From contig QPMI01000120.1 of the NCBI GenBank assembly GCA_004431415.1, forward strand, positions 30,186 through 94,185: a stretch of DNA of 64,000 nucleotides. The letters run 5' to 3'. Positions 35,431 through 46,422 of the stretch are shown piece after piece. Within the stretch, counting starts at the first letter, position 1; each line of letters starts with the position of its first letter. A program made the translations under genes and the position numbers. The notes beneath the pieces were generated by a model. The model did no database searches, had not been told where the DNA came from, and worked only from the letters and a program-made list of their open reading frames with translations. The DNA comes from Cyanophora paradoxa CCMP329 (Eukaryota > Plantae > Glaucophyta).

Positions 35431-37700
35431 CGGCGGCCCAGCGTAAAGACGCGGGGCGGCAAGCGGTCAAGCTGACGACGCGCCTCCGCCTCAGAGGGGT
35501 ACTGCATCGCGACGTGGGCGGGGCCCAGCGTGACGCGGATGGCGTTCTTCCCGGCGGCGTCGCCGAGGACGTCGAGTGCGTTCGCATCGAGCTCAGCCGC
35601 GAAGGCACGCTCAGAGCTCAGGACCGGCTCGCCGGGGACGAGCATGCGCACGCGAGAGTCGGCTTGCGCGACTACGCGAATGCCGAACTTGCGGCCGAAG
35701 CGCGGGTCCTTGAATGCGACCACGCGACTGCGCGGTGGTGCACGGTTCGGCCCCGCGTGGGGGTTGAACTGGTGCGGCCGGTGCAGGTACGCGTAGGACA
35801 TGCGACACGTGTGGTGCATGACCGTGTTCAGCGTGGCGTACGCCTTCGTGATCGGCCCGTCCTCACGGAGCGGGAGAGCGGGCTCCGAGGAGACCCACTT
35901 AGTGATGTGCTCATCGAGCCCCATCATCGCGAGCACGTAGGGCAGGCCCTGGACGTCCGCACCCTCGAGGGTGGTCGGAGTCGGCGGGACCGGCGGCCCG
36001 TAGAGCAAAATCGCGGCGGGGATGCCGCGGTTATGCCCCTCGACGTTTCCAAGGACCGTCGAGGCGAGGCTGTGCAGAGCAGCATCGGCGTCGAGCGCGT
36101 CCGGGTGGAAGCGCGTTTGCAGCTTCGTGCCCGGGTTAAACACGGGGCCGCAGTCCCGTGGCCCGTTCTCGCCGTACATGAGAGTACGGAGGCGGGGGAT
36201 TGCGCCCCAGGGCTGCTGCTCGGGCAACGTGTTGGTTGCGGAGCCCGCCCCGAGCGGGTCCGGGAGCAGCACGCAGTACTTTTCGCAGTACCGCAGGCGC
36301 TCGAGCGTGCCGTCGTACCAAGTGCGCGAGCCCGGAGGGGCTTGCGGGTCCGGAGCCGGGGGTTCAGAGGGACCGGCGGCAGCGGCACTCGTGGCGGAGG
36401 CGGCGGCTGTGGCCTCGACCATGGGCGTGTCGCCCGCGGCGTCGCGCTCGTTCGCGCGAACGGCGCCGGCCCAGTCGTCGATCCACCGCACGAACGGCAG
36501 AGAGCGGATGACGACTTCCGCGCCCTCGACGGGGAAGTCGATTTCGCCCAGGGTCCAAGAGGCCCCTTCGACGGTGTTGTCGTACAGCCGAACCTCCTGG
36601 CTCAGCCAGGAGTCCGCGTCCGTCTTTGCGGCGGCCCGCTGAACAACTTCAGAGATGTTCAGGTCCGGGGGGTACATGGAGGCGAGCTCGCAGACGAGAC
36701 CCTCGCAACCCGGGTGCAGCGCGCGGACGCGCCCGTAGAAGAAGCGAACTTCTTCGGGCAGCTGTTGTTCCGAGTACGGAACAAAGGGTACGGTTCCCGG
36801 ACCAGTGCGTCCGCTGAACCAGCACGACATCAGCCAGCGTGCGTGGGCAGGCACGGGCTCTACGATATCAAGACCGGGCCCCGTGTTTTGGGACGCGCGC
36901 CAGCGGTCATTGACGTAGTATCCCGGCAGGCGGGAGACGTGGAACTCAAAGCGGTCCAGGAAAACCGCGTCCCAGTGGAAACAGGTCCACCGGTCCGGCT
37001 CCGTCGGGAGCTCAGGGCGCGGGGTCAAGAGACCTAAGTTCCAGGCTGCAAGTTCGAACGACGCAACCGCGCGCCGTAGGAACCGCACGTTGGCGGGGTG
37101 CCGCTGGGGCACGCTCAGCTCAAGTCGCTCCCACGCCTCGCGCGAGGCGTCTGCGTGGAAGTGGCTAAACCGGCGCCACGGGGGCTGCGCGGTTTCCGCT
37201 GCGAGCCAGCCCTGGAGTTCAGGGTGGGGCTCGATTTGCAGCAGGAGCGGGTTCTGGGCCTGCGTGAGGCCACTGTTCGCGAGCCACATGTGCTCGACCG
37301 ACGTCGACCAGTTGGACGACGGGGCGGGGCAACCGACGAGCTCAAAGAGCTTTGCGTCGATGCCGCCTCGGACGAAGAGCGCGTGCCACATGCGCTCACG
37401 GGCGTCGGCATCGATACCCGCATGCTCATCGGATTCCATGGCGTCTGGAGGCGGCGTGGCAGCGCCACCCTCGCCCTCATCCGACGAGCCGGAGCCCGGG
37501 TCCGAACTGCCGCTGGCGGCGGCGCGGTCGCCGGGCGGGCGAGCAGGGGCACCGCGGCGGGCGCGCGAGCCGCCTCGTCCACGGCCCTCGGTGGTGCCGG
37601 CGGCTGCCGCAGTCGGCTTGCCGCGGCCACGGCGCGTGGTGGCGACTGTTCGGGCCAACGCATCGCACGAAGCGATGATTTCGTTATGCTTGTCCCACAC
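35427..37700 (-). CDS. Polyprotein segment of unknown function (757 aa)
   Basis: Long ORF with globular, Trp-rich composition, joined to its neighbours by -1 junctions. Confidence 0.7.
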   Translation of the reverse strand: MWDKHNEIIASCDALARTVATTRRGRGKPTAAAAGTTEGRGRGGSRARRGAPARPPGDRAAASGSSDPGSGSSDEGEGGAATPPPDAMESDEHAGIDADARERMWHALFVRGGIDAKLFELVGCPAPSSNWSTSVEHMWLANSGLTQAQNPLLLQIEPHPELQGWLAAETAQPPWRRFSHFHADASREAWERLELSVPQRHPANVRFLRRAVASFELAAWNLGLLTPRPELPTEPDRWTCFHWDAVFLDRFEFHVSRLPGYYVNDRWRASQNTGPGLDIVEPVPAHARWLMSCWFSGRTGPGTVPFVPYSEQQLPEEVRFFYGRVRALHPGCEGLVCELASMYPPDLNISEVVQRAAAKTDADSWLSQEVRLYDNTVEGASWTLGEIDFPVEGAEVVIRSLPFVRWIDDWAGAVRANERDAAGDTPMVEATAAASATSAAAAGPSEPPAPDPQAPPGSRTWYDGTLERLRYCEKYCVLLPDPLGAGSATNTLPEQQPWGAIPRLRTLMYGENGPRDCGPVFNPGTKLQTRFHPDALDADAALHSLASTVLGNVEGHNRGIPAAILLYGPPVPPTPTTLEGADVQGLPYVLAMMGLDEHITKWVSSEPALPLREDGPITKAYATLNTVMHHTCRMSYAYLHRPHQFNPHAGPNRAPPRSRVVAFKDPRFGRKFGIRVVAQADSRVRMLVPGEPVLSSERAFAAELDANALDVLGDAAGKNAIRVTLGPAHVAMQYPSEAEARRQLDRLPPRVFTLGRR

Positions 37701-38071
37701 CGAACTGTTGGTGTGGGGCCCTTATAGCGCCGGCGCACTTCGCCGTAGACCAACCGCATGCGGTGGGCCGGCTTATCAAGGAGCGTGGTGGCGTAAACGC
37801 CGGACTGCGACATGCAGTAGCAGACCCAGACGAACACACACCACGTGAATTCGCCATTGCGAGCGGCGGAATCCATTTCTCCTTGCAGCGCTTTCATGAG
37901 CCACAGGAACTCGGGGCTCGAGCGGCGCTCGTTCTTCACCAGGTCCGGCGGACCAAGGCGCGGGACGGCGCGGGAGGCGAGCAGGTCGAGCACGTCGACC
38001 TCGCGATGGTTATCGCGGCGGGGCACCGGATAACGGCGATCGAGGAACGCCTCGATGCTAGGCCCGCGCAT
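37700..38071 (-). CDS. Short polyprotein segment (MRGPSIEAFLDRRY...YKGP)
   Basis: Bridges ORF 38071..41613 and ORF 35427..37700 through -1 junctions at C homopolymers. Confidence 0.6.
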
Positions 38072-41000
38072 CAGGGGGTCGGCGTCCGGGTGGTGCCGGA
38101 ACCGGAGCCCTCGTCGGGACCGACGGGGCGGTCCACAACGACGGTGGGGGCAGCGCGGTACGTGCCAATCCCCAGGAGCCAGTCAGAGAACAGCAGAGAG
38201 CTGAACTCGTCGGGGCGCCGCGGGTCAATGAGCCGGGCCATGCGCTGCACGGCGACGCGCTCGGGCACGTAGACAACGCGCCACTTGTCCAAATCGGAGC
38301 CGTGCTGGACGAGCTCGGAAAGGTTGACGAGCGGGGGCTCGCCCCGCACGCAGCGGGCGCGGCGCTCGGCCTGTGTGGCCAGGACGCGAGCGGCGACGGT
38401 GCCCTCGGAGCTCTTGTCGAAGCAAGCAGCGCCGGCGACCTCACGCAGCCTTGCGGCATACGTTTGGTACTGAGTGACGGGCGGAGCCACGTCGTGAGGG
38501 GTGATCCACTCAAAGAGGCTGTTCTTGCCAAATCCCAGAGCCCCCGGAACGACCGTGAGGGTGCGGAAACGGATTATGGCCAGCAGCAACTGCACGCAGT
38601 ATGCGTGGAAGTCGCAGTCCTCGTGGAGGATCTCGCGGGCTGCGGCGAGTGCCGAGCGCATCGCGTGATAGCCCGTCAGGGCCGGCGAGACCGGGGTCTC
38701 GGGCGTCTCGTCCCAGTCCCGCGGGTCAAACGCCGCGTCATACCCGTTGGCACTCTCAGCCAGGATGCGGGGCCACTGCAAGCCCGGCTGGGCGAGCAGG
38801 TACGCGGACGCGACGAGCAGGGACAAGATCGGCGAGCGATCAGAGTCGCTAAGCCAACTCGCCTCAGATGCGAGGTCCCAGCATGCCGACTTCGGGGCAT
38901 GCTGCTCCCAAGCGGCGAGCAGATCGTCCCACGCGCGCGGCGACGCGGTGTCGAACTCGAAGGCGAGATCGGGCCAGACGACTTCGGAGTCGTCAGGCGG
39001 GGGACCGACCCCGGAGCACGAGCCCGGGTCCTCGGGGTGGGCGAACGCCGCGCGCATAATTGCACGCATAGCGCGGCCGGAATCCGGGCCCTCATGCAGG
39101 CGGTGGTCCGTGCGGGCGACCACGGCCGCAGTCTCGATCACGCAAGCGAGGTTGTTAACCTCGGTGCGCTGAGTCAAGCGACCCAGGAGGAGACGGTCCG
39201 CGCGGTTCAGGCCGCAGGCGCCCAGGAAGCGATCGGCAACGATGCCGATCGTACCCTCGCCGGCAAGTTTGCGCACAAGCGGGATTTGCTTATGCCCTTC
39301 CATGCCGTTGGTGAAGAGGAGCCCGACGGCCCTCGACAGCGCGCGAGGCTCCGAGGCCAGCAGCGCGTACCACTTAGATAGTGGCATGAGCAGGGGGGCA
39401 ATGCGGCGGACAATGAAGCGGCTGCCCTCGCGTTGCGAGTCGACGAGCACGCTCTCAGTGTGGTCGCCGGGCATGTACCGCAGCCCGGTGGGCGCAGACA
39501 TTGGCTTTTTCTCGACGTATTCGAGACCCGAGCCCTTGCCGCAGGGATCCAGGGGGTCGGACTCCGAGCGGACGCTCAGTCCGTCGGCATCGGTCTCGCC
39601 GATTTCCGAGTCCCCTGAGCCATCGTCGCTTGCCGGGCTGGCAAAGCGCAGGGCGGCCTCGAACTCGGTCTCACGCGCGGCGTCGTCAAGGGCGCCGGCA
39701 GCGAGGGTCGAGGCGGCCGCGTCGAAGGCGGCCTGGTCACGCGCCCGGGCGGCGGTGACGCTGGCGTCGGCCGGCTGGCGCACGGCGGCGACGGGGACGC
39801 TGAGGTCCATGTCCGTCTCAGTGCCCACGGGCATCACGAGGACGGACTTGATCGACGGGTCGCCGGTTGGGGCGCCCGGGCCGGGCTTGCTGCCTGCCGA
39901 GGAGGAGCTCGCGGCACGCGCGGCCTCGTGCAGGGCTTGCTGCTGCGACTGAACCAGCAGATGCTGGAAGAATTCAGCCATGTGGGCAGCGCCCGGGTTC
40001 GGCGGCTCGGAGCGCGGCGGATCGCCTCCGGCGCGAACTTGGTTGAACCGGGGCCGGGGCCCGCGGTTCTGCTCGGGGCCATAGCCGCGGCCGCGGCCGC
40101 TCTGGGCGTTGCCCTGGGCGGAGGGGCAATCCCGGCGCATGTGGTCCAGCGAGCCGCAGGTCCAGCAGCCTCGCTGCTCATCCTGCTCGCTCGTCTCCTT
40201 ACCCTTCCCCAGCGGGCGCTGGTTCGGGCCGGAGGCCGGGCCACGGCCGGAGCCGCCGGCGTAGCCGCTGCGGGCGCCGCCGCGGAACCCGCCGCGGGCT
40301 TGGAAACCGCCCCGGGGGTACGGCTCCTGGCGGTGTCCACCGCGGTGGGCGTAACCGCCGCGGGTCTGGCCGGGGTCCCCGCGCTCGTCGCGGTCGGGGC
40401 CCTCGTCCTCACGGGTCGCGCGTTCGCGGCGCTTCAAGCCCGCCCGCTTCTCAGCGATCCCCTTCACCCAGTCGGCGTACGGGATGCCGGGGAACGGGGC
40501 CGTGCCCCACGCGCAATTCCACGTAAAGTGGCAGCGGTCGAGGGCCGGCATCTCCACGTGCATGCACAGGGGGCATGGCATCGTGGTGGTGCACGGGTAC
40601 CCTAGGTTTTCCTCGTCTGGGTGCCGGCGGCTCGAGACGGGGGCGCCCGGCGGCGCCTTGGTGCCAGGGGCGGCGTGCACCGATTTCGTCGGGACGGCCT
40701 CGTCAGGCTCGTCCGCGTCATCGGCCGCCACGGCCATTTTGCGCACGCGGGGGCGCTTGGTCTCAGGCGCCTCGGGCGCGACCGTGACCTGGGGCGGCAG
40801 CACGGTACGGCAGCCGTGCGTCTCGCATGCCTGGAGGAATAGATCGTCCAGCTGGAGCGGCGACAGGGCGCCGTCCAGAGCGAGAATGCGCTGGTCCAGC
40901 GCAGTGAGGAACTCGCGCAGCGTGCGCTCGTTCAGCTTCGCGAACCCGGCCATCCGAACATCAAGGTTCTGATATTCCGGGTCCTCGCTCGTCGCACGGG

Positions 41001-41732
41001 CCTCAAGCGCAGTGCGCAGGCACTCGGCGTAGTACACGGCGAGGCGCTGGCCCGTCGGCAGCGTGTGCCGGACGAGAGGCAAGAACCAGTCGTGCCATGA
41101 GCGCGGATCCTCGCCCGTGTAGGGCTCAGTGAGGGCCCGGCGGGCCGCGTGCGGGCGCGCCTTGTGGATCCACGCCGTGATCGTGTCTAGCAGCCCGGGG
41201 GCACGCAAGTACGCATCACGCGTGGCCACGATTGAGGCCTCATCACGCGCGCAGCTCTGCTGCAGCGCGAGGATCGTGGCGTCGTCATCGGCAGAACGCA
41301 AGTTCGCCGGGACGAGCTCAAGGCGCCGCAGCGTAGCGCGGTCACGCTCCAGGCCAGCAATAGAGGCCTCATAGAGGTCGCGCTTACGCTCGATTACGGC
41401 GCGGAGGGCGCCGGGGCGGATGCGCCCGACGATCACTCCGGCAAGAGCCTCGGACTTAGTATACTCCTGGCCGCCGGCAGCGTCGGGGCCAAAGAGATAC
41501 TTCGTCGGCTGCGCCGACTGATAGTTCCGGACGTCCTTGCGGAACCGGTCACCATCGGCGAGGCGGGGCTGGGCGGGCAAGAATCCGATCCGCGCGGGAT
41601 CGTCATCAGCCACAGCCGAGGCGCCGGGGCGGCGTACTGCACAGCAAGTTCGGCCTTCGCAGGCTCAACATGCGCGAGCGCAGACAGCTGGCTCCGGACT
41701 TCAGAACTAAGAAGTTCCGAGGAGTTTGACAT
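38071..41732 (-). CDS. gag: Gag with CCHC zinc knuckle, RGG tract and long C-terminal extension
   Basis: CWTCGSLDHMRRDC knuckle (~40125-40170), RGG repeats and an extra Cys/His cluster CPLC...CH...C. The probable start MSNSSELL at 41732 joins the 1180-aa ORF by a -1 junction near 41630. Confidence 0.85.
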
Positions 41733-42196
41733 GTTGTTCTCTTTGCAACGTAAAGCCGCAAGAACAAGATGCCGGGGAGAGCACTAGGCGCGGGATTTGA
41801 TCTGCAGCTCGCTGCAGAATCCGGCGCGGGGATCTCGCGGTCACGCAAGAGCGCGACTCAGGGACACTTAGAGAGCTGCTCGCAGCAGTCTCCGTGGCAC
41901 GGTTGCTCGCAACCGGCGATGGACAGGCAATGATGAGACTCTCGAGAGAGAGCTCGGCGCGTGCGCTTCGGTCTGGGGATGACCCGAAGCCCGCGATAGG
42001 CACTAGAGACGTTTCCGGTGCACTACCGTCCAACCGCAAGCGGTACAGGGCGGCGCACTCAAACGCAAAGCAACCGTGGGGACGGCGCTCGCGCGGAAAG
42101 CAGGTCTCTGGCTCCAATAGACACTGGGCAAGGCGGCGCAGCGATGCGCGCTGCGCGGCGGGGCTGGGGAGAGCGATACGGACTCAGACCCTTGAA

Positions 42197-42221
42197 GGTT
42201 CGATTCCGGCAGAATGGCGCC
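42197..42221 (-). other. Primer-binding site GGCGCCATTCTGCCGGAATCGAACC
   Basis: Immediately follows the 5' LTR. Its complement GGTTCGATTCCGGCAGAATGGCGCC reads as a tRNA T-loop to CC(A) end. Confidence 0.85.
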
Positions 42222-42504
42222 TGTCGCGTGCGAGATTAGTGTGTCTAATCGTGCGCGCGGGACGCCCGTGCGGAGTGCAAGCTCGGCAGGGCAGGGAATG
42301 GCGAGTGTCGCTGTAGTTAGTCACCGTGATGGTAGACTGAGGGTGTACCCGTCCAACTACGGCGTACCCCGACACACGCATACAAATGACCGCGGCGCTC
42401 TAACTAGCCTAGGCGCCGTCGGCCTAGCAGCACGAAGGCTGCATACATCATCTAGAGCCCTAGCGGCTCACAATCGAGCATCCACTGTAAAGTCGGATGC
42501 GACA
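42222..42504 (-). repeat. 5' LTR (283 bp)
   Basis: Matches 25574-25856. Confidence 0.97.
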
Positions 42505-45500
42505 CGGCGTCCGCATGCATATGTCACTGTACACGTGTGTGCACCGGCATCGGCTCGAGGTCGAAGAAGCCCAGCGGCCCCTGCAGCTGCGCCTGCAGCC
42601 GCGCCTGCATCCGGGCGAGCTCGCCATCGATCCCGAGCGGAGTGCTTGTCGACGTCGACGTCCGTGCCGGCGCCTGCGCCTCCAGCTGCTGTGCCGGTGT
42701 CCCTCCGGATGATCCCGCGACGGCCGCGGCCCCGGTTCGATCGTGTGTATGAACTCCCCGTCGGCTCAATTGCTCAGTTGCGGCCTGCGCGCGTGACGCC
42801 CGTCAAACTCGAACTTCACAACCAGTGCACGCAAGGGACGTCGACGATCGAACGCACCCCGGACACGCGCACGTCGCGATTGACAGTGAAGGAAGCCGCG
42901 GCGTCGGGCGCGGTCGTGGCACCTCCGAACGAATTCGAATACTGCGCTTCTAGGAGCTGTCCGTGGCGATCCAGAGAGCCTGGAGTGTCCATTGGCCAGC
43001 TGCAGGCATCCTCCGGATCCAGCGGCTTTAAGCTGGCGATTGAGGTGGCTCCGGAGCCGCGGCCGCGGCCGGCGCCCGCCGTGTCGACGTCGCGGAGCTG
43101 GATTCGATGCTGCTTCAGAGCCAGCTGCAGATCCAGCTGCAGCTGCTGTTCATCGCGGCCGAGATCGCGACTTTGGTCGTCCTCCAGGCCCGAGTCGGGC
43201 TCAGCGTCTGCCTCGTGCCCCTCCGATCCGTAGCCACCTTCCGAGTTGTCTCTGCGAGTTCACAACCGTCAGCTGCAGGCACGGACGAGCCTTGAACGCG
43301 AATAAATGCGTCAAAAAGAGAGCGGGGGAGGGCGTGGGCGGGTCGGGGCTCACCCAAGCTCGAGCTCACTCGGCCTGCCACGCTTGGAACTGGCCGCGGG
43401 GACGGCCGCGGGGATCTGCAGCTGCTGGTGGCGATCGTGGGAAATCCCGCACAGCCGGATTCCGGCACCAGCTGCAGATGCAGCGGCTGGCAGTGCGCCA
43501 TGCACATTCTCGTGCTCTTCGAATTCAAAGGCTGCACCCGACGGGGCCGCGGTCGGTAGAAAGGCAGGCGCCGGCGACGGCGCCGGCAACAGCGGCTGCT
43601 GCTGCTGCTGCTGCGATTGTTGTTGTCCACGCGCTGGAGACCCGCGGGTGCGACCACTCTGCCCTCGGCTCGAATCTCGCGAGTTCGAGGCTTGCATCGT
43701 GGTTTCCGAATCGTTGGCCGTCGAGGGGGGATCGTTGGCCGTTAATCCGAATCGTATGCGTGAACGTCGATCTGGCGCATGTACATGTGTGGCATGATCA
43801 TGCATATGACGGGCCTGATCATGACGGGCGTGGCATACCGGCCTAGAGAGAACTCCGAACAGATCCATGGTCAGGGATCCAGAATTGTGCGCGCGACTCT
43901 CGTCCATTCCTTCTTCTGCCGACCAGGATGTTCATGTCGGATGGGAGCAGTGAACGCAAGATTGTGTGCAGCTCCTTCTGCGTACATTTACTCACTATCG
44001 CGAATCCGAAGCAAGACAGAATTCGAAGTCGGCTGTGCACGGCGCCAACCGTTGAACTGCAATGTCGCGAGCTTCGCAAGCTGCAGCGACTTCGGACACA
44101 AGACAGGCGTCAAAACTTGAAAAGGACTGAGGCGTATCACGCACGGAGCTCGAGTATATACCGTAGTACGTATTCCTTTCTGGAGCTCGGCTGGTCATGA
44201 TCATGAACAACTGGCATCGATAGCGGTGGAGATGCGAGGAGCTTCAAGGCTTGCGAGCTGCAGCTGGTCGGGCGGGCGCGGCCTCCACTGATCCCATCGA
44301 GATCGCAACCATATGCACGGCCATGGCCGGGTGTGGATGCGGATGTCGATGCCGCACTGCTTCACCGAGTCAAACTCACAAATGGCCTGCCATGGCCTGC
44401 CTGGGCATGGGCGCGGACATCTGCGGGACGTCGACGTGCACGATCAGTTGTACGTGTATACATAGCTATAGATTGAGCAACGTATATATTTATGCATGCG
44501 AGCTCGAGATTTAACGAGATTTAACGATGAAACAAACAAACACGGTATATACGTACGTGCACAGTCAGCTGCGGCACTGCCTCTAGATCTAGATCTCCCG
44601 CGCTGTGGCAACGTCAACCGCAGTTGTCATGATCAGTCCTGCAGAGACGCTAATTTGCAAAGAACGCGAACCTGTGGTCGCACACTGACACGATTTAGAA
44701 GATCTGCGTGCCGGCCGCGGTACGGGTTGCGATTCCAATTGGTTCTTGATCAAAGCGAAAGGCCTGTCGCAGAGACCAAGCGCACGGGGCATACCGATCG
44801 CGAATCCGACGGCCCAGTATACCGTATAGGTAGTAGTACGAGTGCCGGCGCCGCTGCGTTCCATTTCGCCAATCTTGAGCGGCAACCGAGACTTTCCATG
44901 GCCTGCGCAGTTCTGATCGGATATCAAGGACGCCTAGGCCTCATGATCATCGTGAAGGATCAGAAGGACTCTCCGGGATGATGCAAGCTGCAGCCGCTGA
45001 GCTGTGAGCTGCAGCTGGTGTCAGGGACTGTCACAGTTTGTCAGCCGGCGGCGCGGCGCCGGCCGGCCTGGTGATACTATATATGATACGTACTACGCGT
45101 ACGCGGTACTACGGTATACCGTAAGTACCGGCGAATAATACCGCGCGCTGAGCCGCCGCCGAGCTCGAGAAGAGTCGGACGCCCGCTGCCGCAGTGCTAT
45201 ATATAGGAGGGCCATCAATGGGCCAAACGCGAAAAGTCAACTCCGAGAGCTCGAGACTCGGAAGTGACGCTTGGATTGCGGAGGTTCTTATAACCGCCGC
45301 AACAGCTGTGGGGTACCCCCTCCGAGGCTGGCGATCGCGGCGATCGCGACCCGATCGCGACCCTGGTGATCGCGACTTTCTCACGATCGCGACCATTTTC
45401 GATCGCGATTTCGAGATCGAGGGCATTAATGCGATCTCGAGAAAGGAAAAATCGGAAAAGGCCGAAAAGTGCCGTTTTCACGCGTGAAATCGATCGAAAA

Positions 45501-45556
45501 CTTGGGACTTGGGACTTGGGACTTGGGACTTGGGACTTGGGACTTGGGACTTGGGA
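45501..45556 (+). repeat. (CTTGGGA)8 array, copy 1
   Basis: Eight perfect units followed by AGAGTTAAAATCAGAGTCTGGACC. Confidence 0.95.
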
Positions 45557-45613
45557 AGAGTTAAAATCAGAGTCTGGACCCAAAAGCGGGGAAATTTTCG
45601 GACGGGGAGAAAA

Positions 45614-46084
45614 ATGTCAGGCAATCTCTATTACGATTTCCCCTTTGAGTTGCAGATGGCATTCGAAAGGCTGCGCGAGTTCTGGCGTTGGCACCTCACA
45701 GGACATGACATTCCCGACATAACACCAGAGCCCAACACACAGGGCGTGCTTGAAGTCATCCGTCAATATCCGCGTCGATTCAATGAATGGATTGAGTTCC
45801 ACGCGACGAGCCGTTTCCAGAGTCTCCCCGAGGCCGTACGCGAAAATTTCGTGAGGCTGGTGGGGCCAGGCTACGACAACCCTAACAATCATAGACCACG
45901 CCCAGCTGGCGTGACGCGCGAAGCTCGAAGCGACCGCAGTCTTTTCCGCAGGGAATTGAGAGAGGACAGACGGAGGCTTTCAATGGGGCTCCCGCAGATT
46001 GTGAGGGGGTACAGCCCGGACTACGAGACTTACCAAGAATTGTACGGCTTCGAAAATCCCTTTGAGAGGGTACTACCAGGGTGA
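45614..46084 (+). CDS. Hypothetical protein (156 aa, MSGNLYYDFPFELQMAF...)
   Basis: Clean ORF with an AAAAATG start and non-repetitive composition. Confidence 0.65.
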   Translation: MSGNLYYDFPFELQMAFERLREFWRWHLTGHDIPDITPEPNTQGVLEVIRQYPRRFNEWIEFHATSRFQSLPEAVRENFVRLVGPGYDNPNNHRPRPAGVTREARSDRSLFRRELREDRRRLSMGLPQIVRGYSPDYETYQELYGFENPFERVLPG

Positions 46085-46422
46085 GGGACCAGGGGGCCCC
46101 CTGAGGGTGTACCCCCCATCCGAGACTCGACCTTCGGCGGACGCACTCGGGCGATTTCCGTCAGGCCGGCTCCTTTTTCTGCCTTCGGCCCAACGCTAAA
46201 TTTGGCTTTTTTCAGGCCAGTTGGCAACGTTTTCCGTTGCGAACTAGACCGCGAAAAAAATCACCCACAAAACCGCGGTCCGCCGCCATTTTGGCTCACT
46301 CTTGAAACGGGTTCGCCGCCTCTCTCAGCCCAAGCAAACTCTGCCTCTCCGAATCCGTGCAAGTCCGCCCTCACAGTCACCTCACGTTTTGCCTTTGCCT
46401 GACGATTTTCCCTTTGGCGCAG

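Larger units (their letters stand above)
25574..42504 (-). mobile_element. Full-length giant Ty3/Gypsy (Metaviridae) LTR retrotransposon, 16,931 bp
   Basis: Two 283-bp LTRs with TGTCGC...GCGACA termini; 5-bp TSD CGGCG (25569-25573, 42505-42509); PBS; PPT; Gag zinc knuckle; domain order PR-RT-RH-INT. Confidence 0.97.

Noticed and set aside
42150-42221. tRNA gene on the plus strand
   Set aside because: Only the 3' 25 nt are tRNA-like, with no D or anticodon arms; position next to the LTR identifies it as a PBS.
42505-45000. Decayed coding-like sequence flanking the LTR element (also 23.3-25.5 kb), perhaps an old transposon
   Set aside because: Too disrupted by palindromic insertions to assign; no diagnostic motif recovered.
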